In this document: positions 10,252 to 21,990 of the stretch, piece by piece
Layout of the letters: each line of letters begins with the position of its first letter
Position numbering within the stretch: position 1 is the stretch's first letter
From: Escherichia phage fDHCT2
Strand: one strand, 5' to 3'
DNA: 64,000 bases
Sequence record: OR427838.1
Notes under the pieces: model-generated
The model's input: only the letters and a program-made list of their open reading frames with translations
Database searches by the model: none
Told to the model about the DNA's origin: nothing
Program-made: the position numbers and the translations under genes

Positions 10252-13200
10252 ATGGCCGATATTTTAAAACCTGCATTCCGTGCTACATCCGGACTCGATG
10301 CTGCGGGCGAGAAAGTTATCAATGTTGCCAAAGCCGATTACAATGTATTAGATGATGGCGTCAACGTTGAATTCTTTATAGATGAGAACACCATCCAGGC
10401 GTACGACGAGACGCGCGGATATAAGAAAGGGTTTGCAGTAATCCATGACCAACGTATCTGGGTTGCTCAACGTGATATCGCTGCACCAGCCGGAACTTTT
10501 GTGCCTGGTTATTGGACCGCTACCCGTACTGACCCTAAATGGATTACCGTAGCGTCTCCTACACGCCAGCTGGCTTCCGGTGAATATATTGCGGTGGATT
10601 CTGCTGCTAGCTTTACTACATTTACCCTGCCTCCGAACCCTACTGACGGTGATACAATCGTAATCAAGGATATTGGTGGTCGTGTAGGTTATAATGAAAT
10701 TAAGCTCCAGTCTAGTTCTGCTCCAGGCGGCGGTAATCAGAAAATTGTTCGTTTTGGTAATCAGTTCACTGAGACCTTAATTACGAAGCCTTTTTCTTAT
10801 AATATGATTATCTTTGCCAACCGTTTATGGCATTTCTGGGAAGCAGCTAATGAAGAACGTGGTATTCGTGTAGAACCGAACACCGCTCAGTTCCAATCAC
10901 AAGCGGGTGATAACGTTTTGCGCCGTTATACTTCAGGTGCAGTAATTAAGTTTACTCTTCCTAAGTATGCGAACCAAGGCGATATGATTAAAACCGTTGA
11001 TATTGATGGTTTAGGAAGTAAGTTCCATTTAATCGTTGAAACGTTTGATGCTTCATCTTCATTAGGTAAGCTCGGCCAACATAGCATGGAATTCCGTACT
11101 TCCGGTGATGGATTCTTTGTTTATAACTCTACTGAAAAATTATGGTATGTTTGGGACGGTGATCGTCAAACTCGTTTACGCGTAATTCGTGACGATGTTG
11201 AACTCTTGGCTAACGAAAGCGTTATTGTTTTTGGCCCTAATAATACAACACCGCAGACGATTAATATCACTTTACCTACAGGCGTAGCCCAGGGTGATGT
11301 AGTTAAGATTGCTCTGAACTATCTCCGTAAAGCTCAGACGGTAAATATTAAGGCCGCTGTAGGAGATAAAATAGCTTCTTCGGTTCAATTGCTCCAGTTC
11401 CCTAAACGTTCTGAATATCCGCCAGATACTGAATGGGTATTGAATGATGTATTGACCTTCAATGGTAACTTAAGTTATACTCCGGTTATTGAACTGAGTT
11501 ATATTGAAGACTCCACTACAGGTGGCAAATATTGGGTTGTTGCTCAGAACGTTCCTACTGTAGAACGTGTAGATTCTAAAGATGATTTAACCCGTGCTCG
11601 TCTTGGTGTTATTGCTCTGGCGTCTCAGACCCAAGCAAACGTCGACCATGAAAATAATCCTGAAAAAGAACTGGCTATCACCCCACAGACTTTAGCCAAT
11701 CGTGTAGCTACCGAATCACGTCGTGGTATTGCTCGTATTGCTACTACTGCTCAGGTAAACCAGAACACAACTTTCGCGTTCCAGGACGATTTGATTATTT
11801 CTCCTAAGAAATTAAACGAACGTACTGCAACCGAAACTCGTCGTGGTGTTGCTGAAATTGCTACGCAAGTTGAAACTGATGCCGGTGTTGATGATACAAC
11901 CATTATCACTCCTAAGAAGCTACAGACGCGCCAGGGAACTGAAAGCCTGTCTGGTATAGTAAAATATGTATCTACCACAGGAACCACTCCTGCGGACTCC
12001 AGAGCAACTGTAGGTACTAACGTTTATAATAAGAATACAACTACTTTAGTTATTTCTCCTAAAGCTTTAGACCAGTATAAAGCCGACCAAAATAACCAAG
12101 GTGCTGTATATCTTGCTACGCAAGCCGAAGTTAATGCGGGTGCTACTAACCCAGGTTTTAGTAACTCGGTTGTCACACCTGAAACATTAGGTGCTCGTCG
12201 TTCTACTGATACTAATCATGGTTTAATTGAAATTGCTACGCAAGCAGAGACTGATACTGGAACTGATTATACTCGTGCGGTAACGCCTAAGACGTTAAAT
12301 GACAGGAATGCTACTCAAACACTTACTGGTATTGCTCGTATTGGTACTCAAGTAGAATTTGATGCAGGTGTATTAGATAATGTTATTTCAACTCCGTTGA
12401 AAGTTAAAACAAGATTTAATGATACTGCTAGAACTTCTGTCTCAGCAGCCAGTGGTTTGATTGAATCAGGAACCTTATGGAACCATTATACACTAGATAT
12501 CCGTGAAGCAAGTAATACTCAACGTGGTACAGCTCGTTTGGCGACCCAAACTGAAGTTAATACTGGTACCGATGATAAAACAATCATCACTCCGCTTAAG
12601 CTTCAAGCTAAAAAGGCTACCGAAAACGCTGAAGGTATTATCCAACTCGCTACTCAGGCCGAAGTTATTGCGGGTACGATAAGTAATAAAGCGTTTAGTC
12701 CCAAGCATTACAAATATGTCGTCCAACAGGAAAAATCCTGGGAAGCTACTTCTGCTCGTAGAGGATATGTTAAATTAACCACAGGTACCGCCACTTGGGA
12801 AGGCGATGATACTAATGGCTCTGTTGCTAACCTGGCTAAATTTGAAGACGATGGTTTTGCTATTTCACCACTTCAGATGAACACCGCATTAACTCACTAT
12901 CTTCCTATTAAAGGTAAGGCTTTTGACTCCGATAAATTGGACAACCTGGATAGCTCTCAGTTCGTCAGGAGAGATATCGACCAAATAGTTGAAGGAACAT
13001 TAACCCTTCGTAAAAACATCAGAGTGGATGGCCAGTTGGCTACAGGCGGTACCGGTGAATTTGGTGGTTCTTTAGCAGCTAATAGTACATTTACCCTCCG
13101 TAATACAGGAACGGCTACTCGTATAATATTTGAAAAAGGTCCTCAAACAGGAACTAACCCTGTTCAATCTATGAGTATTCGCGTATGGGGTAACCAGTAC

Positions 13201-14151
13201 GGCGGTGGTTCTGATACATCCCGTTCTACGGTATTTGAAGTCGGCGATGAAACATCTAATCACTTTTATTCTCAACGCAATAAAGATGGTAATATAGCAT
13301 TTAGCATTAATGGTACTGTAATGCCAATAAATGTTAATGCTTCAGGCTTGATGAATGTGAACGGCGTTGCAACATTTGGTCGTTCAGTGACTGCACAGGG
13401 CGAATTTATAACCTATAGTGCAAACGCATTTAGAGCTATTAGTGGACAGTACGGGTTCTTTATTCGTAATGATAACTCGAACATCTATTTCATGCTTACA
13501 AATGCAAATGACCAGACTGGTGGCTTTAACGGATTAAGACCATTAGCTATTAGTAATACATCTGGCCAAGTAACGATTGGTGAAAGCTTAATCATTGCCA
13601 AAGGTGCTACTATAAATTTGGGTGGTTTAACAGTTAACTCGAGAATTCGTTCGCAAGGTACTAAACCCGCTGACCTTTATTCGAGAAAACCAAATGCTGA
13701 TAACACCGGGTTTTGGTCTGTTGACGTTAATGATTCAGCCACATATAATCAGTTCCCTGGTTATTTTGAAATGGTCGAAAAAGTTAACGAAGTAACAGGA
13801 TTGCCTTACTTAGAACGTGGTGCAGAGATTAAATCCCCTGGCACATTGACCCAGTTTGGTAATACCCTGAATTCGTTATACCAAGATTGGATTACTTATC
13901 CTGCTAATGCCAACGCACGTACTACTCGTTGGACCCGTACATGGCAGCAAAGTAAAAATGCATGGTCGGGTTTTGTTCAGGTGTTTGATGGCGGTAACCC
14001 TCCTCAACCTTCTGATATCGGCGCCCTTCCGGCGGATAACGCTTCGATGAGTAACTTGACCATTCGTGATTGGTTACGTATTGGTAACGTTCGTATAGTT
14101 CCTGACCCGGTAACTCGTTCTGTTAAATTCGAATGGATTGATACACCATAA
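10252..14151 (+). CDS. 34: Long tail fiber proximal subunit gp34
   Basis: 1299 aa; T4 gp34 about 1289; internal fibre repeats; late promoter motif upstream. Confidence 0.92.
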   Translation: MADILKPAFRATSGLDAAGEKVINVAKADYNVLDDGVNVEFFIDENTIQAYDETRGYKKGFAVIHDQRIWVAQRDIAAPAGTFVPGYWTATRTDPKWITVASPTRQLASGEYIAVDSAASFTTFTLPPNPTDGDTIVIKDIGGRVGYNEIKLQSSSAPGGGNQKIVRFGNQFTETLITKPFSYNMIIFANRLWHFWEAANEERGIRVEPNTAQFQSQAGDNVLRRYTSGAVIKFTLPKYANQGDMIKTVDIDGLGSKFHLIVETFDASSSLGKLGQHSMEFRTSGDGFFVYNSTEKLWYVWDGDRQTRLRVIRDDVELLANESVIVFGPNNTTPQTINITLPTGVAQGDVVKIALNYLRKAQTVNIKAAVGDKIASSVQLLQFPKRSEYPPDTEWVLNDVLTFNGNLSYTPVIELSYIEDSTTGGKYWVVAQNVPTVERVDSKDDLTRARLGVIALASQTQANVDHENNPEKELAITPQTLANRVATESRRGIARIATTAQVNQNTTFAFQDDLIISPKKLNERTATETRRGVAEIATQVETDAGVDDTTIITPKKLQTRQGTESLSGIVKYVSTTGTTPADSRATVGTNVYNKNTTTLVISPKALDQYKADQNNQGAVYLATQAEVNAGATNPGFSNSVVTPETLGARRSTDTNHGLIEIATQAETDTGTDYTRAVTPKTLNDRNATQTLTGIARIGTQVEFDAGVLDNVISTPLKVKTRFNDTARTSVSAASGLIESGTLWNHYTLDIREASNTQRGTARLATQTEVNTGTDDKTIITPLKLQAKKATENAEGIIQLATQAEVIAGTISNKAFSPKHYKYVVQQEKSWEATSARRGYVKLTTGTATWEGDDTNGSVANLAKFEDDGFAISPLQMNTALTHYLPIKGKAFDSDKLDNLDSSQFVRRDIDQIVEGTLTLRKNIRVDGQLATGGTGEFGGSLAANSTFTLRNTGTATRIIFEKGPQTGTNPVQSMSIRVWGNQYGGGSDTSRSTVFEVGDETSNHFYSQRNKDGNIAFSINGTVMPINVNASGLMNVNGVATFGRSVTAQGEFITYSANAFRAISGQYGFFIRNDNSNIYFMLTNANDQTGGFNGLRPLAISNTSGQVTIGESLIIAKGATINLGGLTVNSRIRSQGTKPADLYSRKPNADNTGFWSVDVNDSATYNQFPGYFEMVEKVNEVTGLPYLERGAEIKSPGTLTQFGNTLNSLYQDWITYPANANARTTRWTRTWQQSKNAWSGFVQVFDGGNPPQPSDIGALPADNASMSNLTIRDWLRIGNVRIVPDPVTRSVKFEWIDTP
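11650..12740 (+). repeat. Intragenic tandem protein repeats within gp34 (about 40-aa units, pattern RRG.A.IAT....V..G.D....ITP..L)
   Basis: At least 7 repeat units visible in translation and as recurring DNA strings (cgtcgtggt..attgctac). Confidence 0.7.
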
Positions 14152-14159
14152 GAGGTAAT

Positions 14160-15284
14160 ATGGAAAGATTTATGGCTGAATTTGGACAAGATTACGTTCA
14201 AATTCCTGTACTATCTGAAAATAATGCCGTTAGTTATAAACTTAGTATAGCAGGGAGCTGTACTAAGTCTACTAAAAAGGCTTATATCAAATTTCAAGAT
14301 GAGGACTTCGGTCCTCAGAATTTCCAATCTGGCCTAAATTTGGTTGAAATAGACCCAACAAATAACACAATAGTAACTACAAAATCATACGCATTTACCA
14401 AAGACCATGATGTTATTTCCCAAGCGTTTATAACTTATATTTCATCTATACCCGCTGGTAGAATTGTTTGCTTTATTTCTTCTGGTAAATTAAACGCCTC
14501 ACAGATATTAATTGATTGGTTTAGAGCTTCCGGTTCTACAGCATTTCCGGATAAATGGCTTATTGATAAAGTGGATACTTCTTATTCAGCTTTTTACGTT
14601 TCAGGAAGAAATGCTATTGTAATGGAACATGTGCTTTATAACGACGGCGCTTTGGTAGAAGACGTTTCTACTCCATTAGAAGTCGTTTATGACAATTTTA
14701 ATGATGTAGGAGGAACTGGGTTCCCTGTTAGAGTCATTGAAGATGAAAACACTTACTATAGTGGAGCTACTCAAGAAATTAAAAGGTTTCCTACCAATTC
14801 CGCTATAACTCCTTGTGCCGGTTATAATATGGCCCCTGGAGATTTCTTTTATCTTAAATTCCAAATGACCTATGACCAGGCTTTAAAAGATTTAGGGACG
14901 ACCCAGATGTCCATACGATTTTTTAATGGCCAAGAAATGCTTCAATCCACTGATATCAATATTCCTGTAGGAGCAGGCTCTCCACCGGCAGGCGCATGGA
15001 TGACTTTTGAGCGCGTAATAGAAGTTCCGCCAAATGCCAATGGTTTTACATTATATTGTAGAAAAACTGTCTCAGGCGGAGTAGGAGGTGTTAGGAATGT
15101 TATGTTTGGTGAAATAGCTAGACCTGAAGATACCCCTAAATCCGCTGAAATCGGTGTTAATGGTATTCGTATGAGCTATGGTACCGAAACCCGTTCAATG
15201 GGTAATGTTATTGCACAATTGAATGACAAATCATCTGGTAACGCAGGTAAAGTATTTGTTCAAGAATTTAAAGAAAAATATTAA
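14160..15284 (+). CDS. 35: Long tail fiber hinge/connector gp35
   Basis: 374 aa (T4 gp35 about 372); position after 34. Confidence 0.85.
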   Translation: MERFMAEFGQDYVQIPVLSENNAVSYKLSIAGSCTKSTKKAYIKFQDEDFGPQNFQSGLNLVEIDPTNNTIVTTKSYAFTKDHDVISQAFITYISSIPAGRIVCFISSGKLNASQILIDWFRASGSTAFPDKWLIDKVDTSYSAFYVSGRNAIVMEHVLYNDGALVEDVSTPLEVVYDNFNDVGGTGFPVRVIEDENTYYSGATQEIKRFPTNSAITPCAGYNMAPGDFFYLKFQMTYDQALKDLGTTQMSIRFFNGQEMLQSTDINIPVGAGSPPAGAWMTFERVIEVPPNANGFTLYCRKTVSGGVGGVRNVMFGEIARPEDTPKSAEIGVNGIRMSYGTETRSMGNVIAQLNDKSSGNAGKVFVQEFKEKY

Positions 15285-15305
15285 GGGACCGTAAGGTCCC
15301 TTTTT
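15285..15305 (+). terminator. Rho-independent terminator after gene 35
   Basis: GGGACC-GUAA-GGUCCC hairpin followed by UUUUU. Confidence 0.65.
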
Positions 15306-15307
15306 GC

Positions 15308-15315
15308 TATAAATA
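15308..15315 (+). promoter_or_regulatory. Late promoter TATAAATA for gene 36
   Basis: Exact TATAAATA immediately after terminator, 25 nt before gene 36. Confidence 0.6.
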
Positions 15316-15340
15316 CGTTATCTAATAAAGAGGAATAACT

Positions 15341-15988
15341 ATGGCTGATTTAAAATTAGGCTCAACCGCCGGAGGTTCCGTTATATGGCACCAAGGCAAC
15401 TTTCCGCTGACGCCGGTATCAAATGATATTTTATATAAAACCTACAAAATCTATACCGAATTTAATAAGCCCCAAGCTACAGATAACGACTTTGTTTCTA
15501 AGGCAGCCGGAGGTACATATAAAGGTACTGTTAATTTTGAAAAAGGTATAACTTTTAACGACTCTGCCGGGTATGCTATTAAATTGGGTGCCAGAGAAGG
15601 CGGGCAACCTTTTACCGCTTCATTTAAGATTAAAGGGTCTTTTGGCCTTGAAACTGAAACGGGGACCCCATTTGTAATCTTCAACCCGAGCACTACAGTA
15701 GGAGCTAACCGTCTTACAGTAATGGGTGATATCCTTGGTCGTCAAATTAAAGACGAATCAGGTCGAGTGTTTTCTCCAGGGAATGCTCCGACAAAAGCCC
15801 AGGTAGGATTAAGTGATGTGGATAACGCAAAACAGGTCCAAATAAATAATAGTAACATACAATCTATGGCTGGCGTTCTTTCAGCCCCGAATTTCATATC
15901 TAGGAGCCCAGGTACATTGAACGAACACGTTCCTCGTATTGACCAGGTTGTTCTTAGAGGTACATCTGAAGATTTTGGATATTATTAA
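15341..15988 (+). CDS. 36: Long tail fiber distal connector gp36
   Basis: 215 aa (T4 gp36 about 221); late promoter and terminator upstream. Confidence 0.85.
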   Translation: MADLKLGSTAGGSVIWHQGNFPLTPVSNDILYKTYKIYTEFNKPQATDNDFVSKAAGGTYKGTVNFEKGITFNDSAGYAIKLGAREGGQPFTASFKIKGSFGLETETGTPFVIFNPSTTVGANRLTVMGDILGRQIKDESGRVFSPGNAPTKAQVGLSDVDNAKQVQINNSNIQSMAGVLSAPNFISRSPGTLNEHVPRIDQVVLRGTSEDFGYY

Positions 15989-15996
15989 GAGGCATT

Positions 15997-18900
15997 ATGG
16001 CTACTTTAAAATCGATACAATTTAAAAGAAGTAAAACACCAGGAGCCAAGCCTACTGCAGCTCAGTTAGATGAAGGCGAACTGGCTATTAACTTGCGTGA
16101 CCGCACTATTTTTACCAAGTCAGACCAAGGACAGATTATTGATTTAGGTTTTGCTAAAGGTGGTACTGTCGACGGCGATGTGACTATTAATGGAACTTTA
16201 CGCATTAACGGTCCATTAAACAATTTTGGAAACTTTTCTACAAGCGGGTCGATTACAGCGGGCACTAGTATTTCGGGCCAAACTTTTAGAGCGTTGCAAG
16301 GCTCGTTTTATGCAAGGGCACCAAACGACGCATCGAATGCCCATTTATGGCTTGAAAATGCCGATGGTGTTGAACGGGGTGTTATATATGCTCGGCCTCA
16401 AACTACAACCGCTGGTGAAATACGTCTTAGAGTTAGACAAGGAACCGGAAGCACTATTAATAGTGAATTCTATTTCCGTTCTATAAACGGCGGTGAATTT
16501 CAAGCCAACCGTATTTTAGCATCAGATTCGTTAGTAACTAAACGCATTGCAGCTGATACAGTTATCCACGGTGGCAAAGCCTTTGGTGTATATGATACGG
16601 ATTCATTAGTTAATTATGTATATCCAGGCACCGGCGAAACAAATGGTGTAAACTATCTTCGTAAAGTTCGTGCTAAATCCGGCGGCACTATGTGGCATGA
16701 ACTTTGCACTGCCCAACTAGGCCAAGCCGATGAAATGTCTTGGTGGACAGGTAATACCCCACAGTCAAAACAGTATGGTATTCGTAACGATGGCCGAATG
16801 GCTGGCCGTAATAGCCTTGCATTAGGTACATTCACTACAGATTTCCCGTCTAGCGATTATGGTAACGTCGGTGTAATGGGTGATAAGTATCTTGTTCTCG
16901 GTGACACTGTAACTGGTCTGAAATATATTAAACAATATGTTTATGATTTAGTTGGTGGGGGTTATTCAGTTGCTTCTATTACTCCTGATAGTTTCCGTAG
17001 TACTCGTAAAGGTTTATTTGGACGTTCAGAAGACCAAGGCGCTACATGGATTATGCCAGGCACGAATGCTGCATTTTTATCAGCCCAAACTCAGGCTGAC
17101 GGGAATACAGCTGGTGATGGTCAGACACATATTGGTTATAACTCTGGTGGAAAAATGTCACACTATTTCCGCGGTAGAGGTCAAACCAATATTAACACCC
17201 AAGAAGGTATGGAACTTAACCCAGGTATTCTTAAACTAGTAACCGGTGCAAATAATGTAATGTTTTATGCTGATGGTGGTATTACATCCACTAAGCAGCT
17301 TTCAATTTATAATGGTGTTTATCTTGCAGCTAATAACTCAACCGCAGGTTTGACTTTTTCGGCAACTACCACTATTGATGGCACCAAACAAATTCTTTGG
17401 GAAGGTGGTACTCGAGCAGGCCAGAATAAGAGTTATGTAACTGTTAAAGCATGGGGTAATTCATTTAACGCCACTGGCGATAAATATCGTGAAACTGTAT
17501 TTGAAGTTAGTGACGGACAAGGATACCATTTTTATTCTCAACGTGGTGCGCCTACAGGTGACGAAACTATCGGCCCTGTATTAATGCAAGTTTCAGGTTC
17601 TTTAAATGCAAGAGGAACATTAAACGCCGGTGCCAATCTTTATGTGGGAGGATTGAGTACACATGAAGGTGCTGTGACCATGAATAATGGGCTTAATTTA
17701 ACTGGTGGGGCTTCAATTAACGGACAAGTTAAAATGGGTGGTACCGCTGATGCATTAAGAATTTGGAATGCCGAATATGGTATGATTTTCCGACGTTCGG
17801 AATCCGGTTCTTCTTCTTCATTCCATCTTATTCCTACCCTCCAGAATGCTGGCGAAAACGGTGGAATAAGTGACCTTCGCCCGCTTTCCATTAATTTGGC
17901 TAATGGCACGGTTCTAATGGGTAATAAAAGTGCTGGGTATGGTCCACTTTTCACAGTCGACAACGTAAGTAAATTTGTTCGGACCGACTGTAGACTGCGC
18001 GTTAATATGGATTCCGATGCCATTGTAATAAATGCTTCATCCCAGGCGTCATCTAACTTTATCCAGGGACGTAAAGCAGATGTTACAAAATGGTATCTCG
18101 GTATTGGCGACGGCGGCAACGTTGTTCGTTTACATAACTATACCTACTCCCACGGTATTGCATTAAACTCTGACACTGTTGATATAACCAAGGCACTTAA
18201 AATTGGTTCCGATGTTCGTATTGGTCCTGACGGTAATATTACAGGCAGCACTGCATTAGAAAACTTTAAAAACCTGAACACAACGTTAGACCGTAAAGTT
18301 AACACAGGCGGGTGGTCGGGTGGTGCTACTACAGGTTGGTATAAATTTGCTACTGTAGAAATGCCACAATCGACAGGTACAGCATCCTTTAAAATATCAG
18401 GTGGGTCTGGGTTTAATTTTAAAAGTTATGGTCAGGCTTCAATAGCCGAAATAGTCCTTAGAACCGGCAATAATAACCCTAAAGGCCTTAATGCTACGCT
18501 GTGGAATAGAACTTATGAAGCCATTTCCCAGATTGCTTCGGTTAATACAAGCGAAGATATCTATGATATTTACGTTTACATTGGTGGGTATTCTAATTCT
18601 TTGGTGGTAGAATATACCTGCAGCAGCAATAGTAAAGTAACCGTAGTGGGTATTAATAGCGGTGTCCAGCCTTTGGTAGAAACATTACCTGAAGGTCATG
18701 TTGTAGGTAAATCTGTAAGAATGCTGAACAACCTTGACGGAATGTTTGCTGCCGGCGAATCAGATATTGTTACACGTGGTGAATACGTCGCTAATAACAA
18801 AAAAGGTATGCGTATTAAATCTAGTGGTAATGATATAGATTCTAATGCCGCTTTAATTAGAAACGATGGCGGAAGTTTTTATATTTTATTTACGGATAAA

Positions 18901-19899
18901 AATACCGCAGAAAACCCAAATGCAACCGATGGTGATTGGAATGGCTTAAGACCTTTCTCTATCAACATAGCTGATGGCCGCGTTGGTATGAACCATGGGT
19001 TAAATATTACTGGCGGTGGTCTGAACGTGGCAGGTGGCCTTAATGTTACCAGTGGTAATACTAGTTTAGGTAATATCTCATCTCGTGTGGTTGCAGGTTG
19101 GCGCGGTGCCTCTGGTTGGGGTGATAACTCAGACGCAATGAAATCTAAAATCACCTTTATGGCAGACCACGGTGATTTATCTAATTCAGGTAGTTATTAT
19201 CCTATTGTCGGTGCATACAGTAACTATGGTTCGGCGGGTTATCGTCAAACCTTTGAATTTGGTTGGGTCGGTTCCGGTACCACCGCTGGATGGCGTGACG
19301 GTATTATTCGTATACGTGGCGACAATGCCAACGGCCAACAGGCAAGATGGCGCTTTACAATGGACGGTCTTTTAGATTGCCCTGGTAAAGTACAGATGCC
19401 ACAAACAAGTGCCTTTGGCGTCAACACAACTAACTCACTCGGTGGAAGTAGTATAACATTTGGCGATAGTGATACCGGTATTAAGCAAAACGGTGATGGT
19501 TTACTTGATGTTTATGCGAACAGTGTACAAGTATTCCGTTTCCAAAACGGCGATTTGTACTCGTATAAAAATATAAATGCTCCTAACGTTTATATTCGCT
19601 CTGATATTCGTTTGAAATCTAACTTCAAACCAATTGAAAACGCTCTCGAAAAGGTTGAACAGCTTGATGGTTTAATCTATGATAAAGCTGATTATATTGG
19701 TGGTGAGGTTGTTCACACTGAAGCAGGTGTTATTGCACAGAGCCTGGAAAAAGTATTACCTGAAGCTATTCGTGAAGTTGAAGATATCAAAGGTAATAAA
19801 GTTCTGACCGTTTCGACTCAGGCCCAAGTGGCGCTGTTACTTGAAGCGGTTAAAACCCTGTCGGCTAAAGTAAAAGAACTTGAAGCTAAATTAAATTAA
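15997..19899 (+). CDS. 37: Long tail fiber distal subunit gp37 with C-terminal intramolecular chaperone (peptidase S74-like) domain
   Basis: 1300 aa; C-terminal SDIRLKSNF...[13 protein letters not shown]...[15 protein letters not shown]... matches self-cleaving chaperone domains of endosialidase and T5 L-shaped fibre. Confidence 0.88.
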   Translation: MATLKSIQFKRSKTPGAKPTAAQLDEGELAINLRDRTIFTKSDQGQIIDLGFAKGGTVDGDVTINGTLRINGPLNNFGNFSTSGSITAGTSISGQTFRALQGSFYARAPNDASNAHLWLENADGVERGVIYARPQTTTAGEIRLRVRQGTGSTINSEFYFRSINGGEFQANRILASDSLVTKRIAADTVIHGGKAFGVYDTDSLVNYVYPGTGETNGVNYLRKVRAKSGGTMWHELCTAQLGQADEMSWWTGNTPQSKQYGIRNDGRMAGRNSLALGTFTTDFPSSDYGNVGVMGDKYLVLGDTVTGLKYIKQYVYDLVGGGYSVASITPDSFRSTRKGLFGRSEDQGATWIMPGTNAAFLSAQTQADGNTAGDGQTHIGYNSGGKMSHYFRGRGQTNINTQEGMELNPGILKLVTGANNVMFYADGGITSTKQLSIYNGVYLAANNSTAGLTFSATTTIDGTKQILWEGGTRAGQNKSYVTVKAWGNSFNATGDKYRETVFEVSDGQGYHFYSQRGAPTGDETIGPVLMQVSGSLNARGTLNAGANLYVGGLSTHEGAVTMNNGLNLTGGASINGQVKMGGTADALRIWNAEYGMIFRRSESGSSSSFHLIPTLQNAGENGGISDLRPLSINLANGTVLMGNKSAGYGPLFTVDNVSKFVRTDCRLRVNMDSDAIVINASSQASSNFIQGRKADVTKWYLGIGDGGNVVRLHNYTYSHGIALNSDTVDITKALKIGSDVRIGPDGNITGSTALENFKNLNTTLDRKVNTGGWSGGATTGWYKFATVEMPQSTGTASFKISGGSGFNFKSYGQASIAEIVLRTGNNNPKGLNATLWNRTYEAISQIASVNTSEDIYDIYVYIGGYSNSLVVEYTCSSNSKVTVVGINSGVQPLVETLPEGHVVGKSVRMLNNLDGMFAAGESDIVTRGEYVANNKKGMRIKSSGNDIDSNAALIRNDGGSFYILFTDKNTAENPNATDGDWNGLRPFSINIADGRVGMNHGLNITGGGLNVAGGLNVTSGNTSLGNISSRVVAGWRGASGWGDNSDAMKSKITFMADHGDLSNSGSYYPIVGAYSNYGSAGYRQTFEFGWVGSGTTAGWRDGIIRIRGDNANGQQARWRFTMDGLLDCPGKVQMPQTSAFGVNTTNSLGGSSITFGDSDTGIKQNGDGLLDVYANSVQVFRFQNGDLYSYKNINAPNVYIRSDIRLKSNFKPIENALEKVEQLDGLIYDKADYIGGEVVHTEAGVIAQSLEKVLPEAIREVEDIKGNKVLTVSTQAQVALLLEAVKTLSAKVKELEAKLN

Positions 19900-19908
19900 A
19901 TTAAGAAA

Positions 19909-19924
19909 AGGGCCTTCGGGCCCT
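19909..19924 (+). terminator. Stem-loop after gene 37 (weak terminator or RNA stability element)
   Basis: AGGGCC-UUCG-GGCCCU hairpin; no strong U run. Confidence 0.35.
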
Positions 19925-19935
19925 AAGGATTTATT

Positions 19936-20724
19936 ATGGCAATCGTAGGATTACCCGGTTGGGTCGGCCAATCTGCAGTTGACGAAACAGGTCAACGTTG
20001 GATGGATGCAGCAATGCGTGATGTTCGTGTAGCTGTTCCAGGTTGGATGGGTTCGATGGCTAACCAATCAAAAGAAATTTACTTATCTATAGGGGCTAAT
20101 CATAACTATGATAGGAATACCCTTATAAACTGGATGAGAGCCCAAGGCAGTGCGCCTGTAGTTATCACAATTACCGGCAACATAGTATCAAATAGCCGCG
20201 GAAACCCGTGTCTGGAATTCCCTAGCAACTTACCTAATGCATATATTCAACTTACTATTAATAGCGGTGTAACTGTTTATGGGCGAGGAGGTAACGGTTC
20301 TACTAATGGTTCTGCAGGCCAAGCAGGCGGTACAGCAATCCATAACGCTGCCGGAACCAAATTGCGTATTCGAAACAATGGTGCTATCGCTGGCGGTGGT
20401 GGTGGCGGTGGTGCTGTATCGTTACAGAACAGCTATCCAACTAACGGTACCTGTGGTGGTGGCGGTGGTAGACCATTCGGCGTCGGTGGGAAAATAGGGT
20501 CTGATGCCATATTGTCCGGTGCAAACGCATCTCTAACTGCCGCCGGTTCAGGTGGTACCACGGTCCAATACGGTGCAGGTAACGGCGGTAATGTTGGTGC
20601 TGGCGGTGGACGAGGATGGGGCAAAAACGTTTATACCTCTGCAGGTGGTTCTGCTGGAGCTGCCGTTACAGGCAATGCTCCTTCTTGGCAGAACGTAGGA
20701 ACCATCTACGGAAGCCGTGTTTAA
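19936..20724 (+). CDS. 38: Tail fiber adhesin gp38 (T2-type, glycine-rich motifs)
   Basis: 262 aa; conserved N-terminal part then multiple poly-Gly segments (GGGGGGGAV, CGGGGG) separating short variable segments. Confidence 0.8.
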   Translation: MAIVGLPGWVGQSAVDETGQRWMDAAMRDVRVAVPGWMGSMANQSKEIYLSIGANHNYDRNTLINWMRAQGSAPVVITITGNIVSNSRGNPCLEFPSNLPNAYIQLTINSGVTVYGRGGNGSTNGSAGQAGGTAIHNAAGTKLRIRNNGAIAGGGGGGGAVSLQNSYPTNGTCGGGGGRPFGVGGKIGSDAILSGANASLTAAGSGGTTVQYGAGNGGNVGAGGGRGWGKNVYTSAGGSAGAAVTGNAPSWQNVGTIYGSRV

Positions 20725-20735
20725 TACTTCTGTAT

Positions 20736-20743
20736 TATAAATA
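20736..20743 (+). promoter_or_regulatory. Late promoter TATAAATA for holin t
   Basis: Exact TATAAATA about 20 nt upstream of t start. Confidence 0.6.
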
Positions 20744-20761
20744 TCTTTAAAGGAGAAAAGT

Positions 20762-21415
20762 ATGGAACCAAAAGTAGGATTTTCATTATCAGACCTACTT
20801 TTTGGACTTCTTGATAGAATTTTTAAAGATACTTCTTCCGGGAAAGTAGTTTTTTCCCGGGTCCTAGTCGTAATATTATTGTTCTTTATGGCACTGGTTT
20901 GGTATAAAGGCGAGTATATTCTAAACTTTTACAAAGAGACAACTTATGCCTCTTATACTGAAATGATTAGACAAGACCAGGACAATAGATTTAAAATTGC
21001 GGCTATCGAGCAGCTCCGAATAGTGCATTCTTCTTCAGGCGCGGACTTCACAGCAATATATTCTTTTAGACCGACCAACATGAATTATTTTGTGGATATG
21101 GTTGCTTACGAGGGTAAATTACCGGAAACGGTAGACGCAAAAAATACGGGAGGGTTTCCGATTGACAAAACGTCAGTAGAGTATATGGCGGGAGTTAACG
21201 GGAATTACTTTGAATCAAGTACCGAAACTGTATTCCTTCCTACAAAGAAGAAAACACAATTCACGTATATGTTTTCATGCCCGTTTTTTAATTTGGATAA
21301 CGTCTACGCCGGCTCGATATCGTTGTACTGGTATGATATCAAACCGGATTTAGGATTTCCTAGACTTTCGTCTATGTGTGGTCAAGCCGGGAGGACATTA
21401 GGTCGAACACGTTAG
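20762..21415 (+). CDS. t: Holin T
   Basis: 217 aa (T4 T is 218); N-terminal TM segment; late promoter motif upstream; position after 38. Confidence 0.88.
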   Translation: MEPKVGFSLSDLLFGLLDRIFKDTSSGKVVFSRVLVVILLFFMALVWYKGEYILNFYKETTYASYTEMIRQDQDNRFKIAAIEQLRIVHSSSGADFTAIYSFRPTNMNYFVDMVAYEGKLPETVDAKNTGGFPIDKTSVEYMAGVNGNYFESSTETVFLPTKKKTQFTYMFSCPFFNLDNVYAGSISLYWYDIKPDLGFPRLSSMCGQAGRTLGRTR

Positions 21416-21687
21416 AAATTGGAGGTATACATCATTAAATAACGGTGTATATCTTCATATCCTTCATTAAATTGCTCTATAAGAGTATCACGTTCATCTT
21501 CAGTTAAAGACTTAAATAATTTGTTATAAGACAAACCATTAAGTTCCTTTCCATGTTCATTACGAATACCTAATTCATTCAAAAAGGCAATAAACTCATC
21601 ACGACGTTGCATGATGTCTTCACAATCCGTTTTAATCAAAATGGAAACAATAGTAGCAATTTCGGAAACGATTTCAATTTTAGTCAT
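21412..21687 (-). CDS. asiA: Anti-sigma-70 factor AsiA
   Basis: 91 aa; strong match to remembered T4 AsiA (VSILIK, FIAFLNE, DTLIEQFNEGYE..YRYL). Confidence 0.85.
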   Translation of the reverse strand: MTKIEIVSEIATIVSILIKTDCEDIMQRRDEFIAFLNELGIRNEHGKELNGLSYNKLFKSLTEDERDTLIEQFNEGYEDIHRYLMMYTSNF

Positions 21688-21727
21688 AATATTCTCTTCA
21701 ATTCAGTACGACATCATCTGATAGGGC

Positions 21728-21767
21728 TATACTAACATATCCTTAGGGATTGTAAACATGTTCTTCG
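21728..21767 (-). promoter_or_regulatory. Early-type promoter element upstream of asiA
   Basis: GTTTAC-N17-TAGTAT-AGCCCTATCAG. Confidence 0.5.
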
Positions 21768-21990
21768 TTCTTTTTAACATATTCCTGATACATCTCTTCT
21801 ATTGGTTCCTGGAACTTAAAATCAGCTCCCAGGAATTCCTCAAAGCACTCCTGCTCACGTGTACGCATGCCTGTTACGGTATTCTCTAAGTTATGACTCA
21901 TAGCCTTTACCCTTATGTTTCTGCTTACGCTTGGACTCTTTAAAATTTTTCTTCTTATCTTTATGGACAGAAGCCTTATTGAAATCGTGC

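Noticed and set aside
17640-18119. 159-aa minus-strand ORF
   Set aside because: Antisense inside gp37; Pro/Ser-rich translation typical of antisense to Gly/Thr-rich fibre genes
20433-20624. Proline-rich 63-aa minus-strand ORF
   Set aside because: Mirror of the GGN-rich glycine tracts of gp38 on the opposite strand
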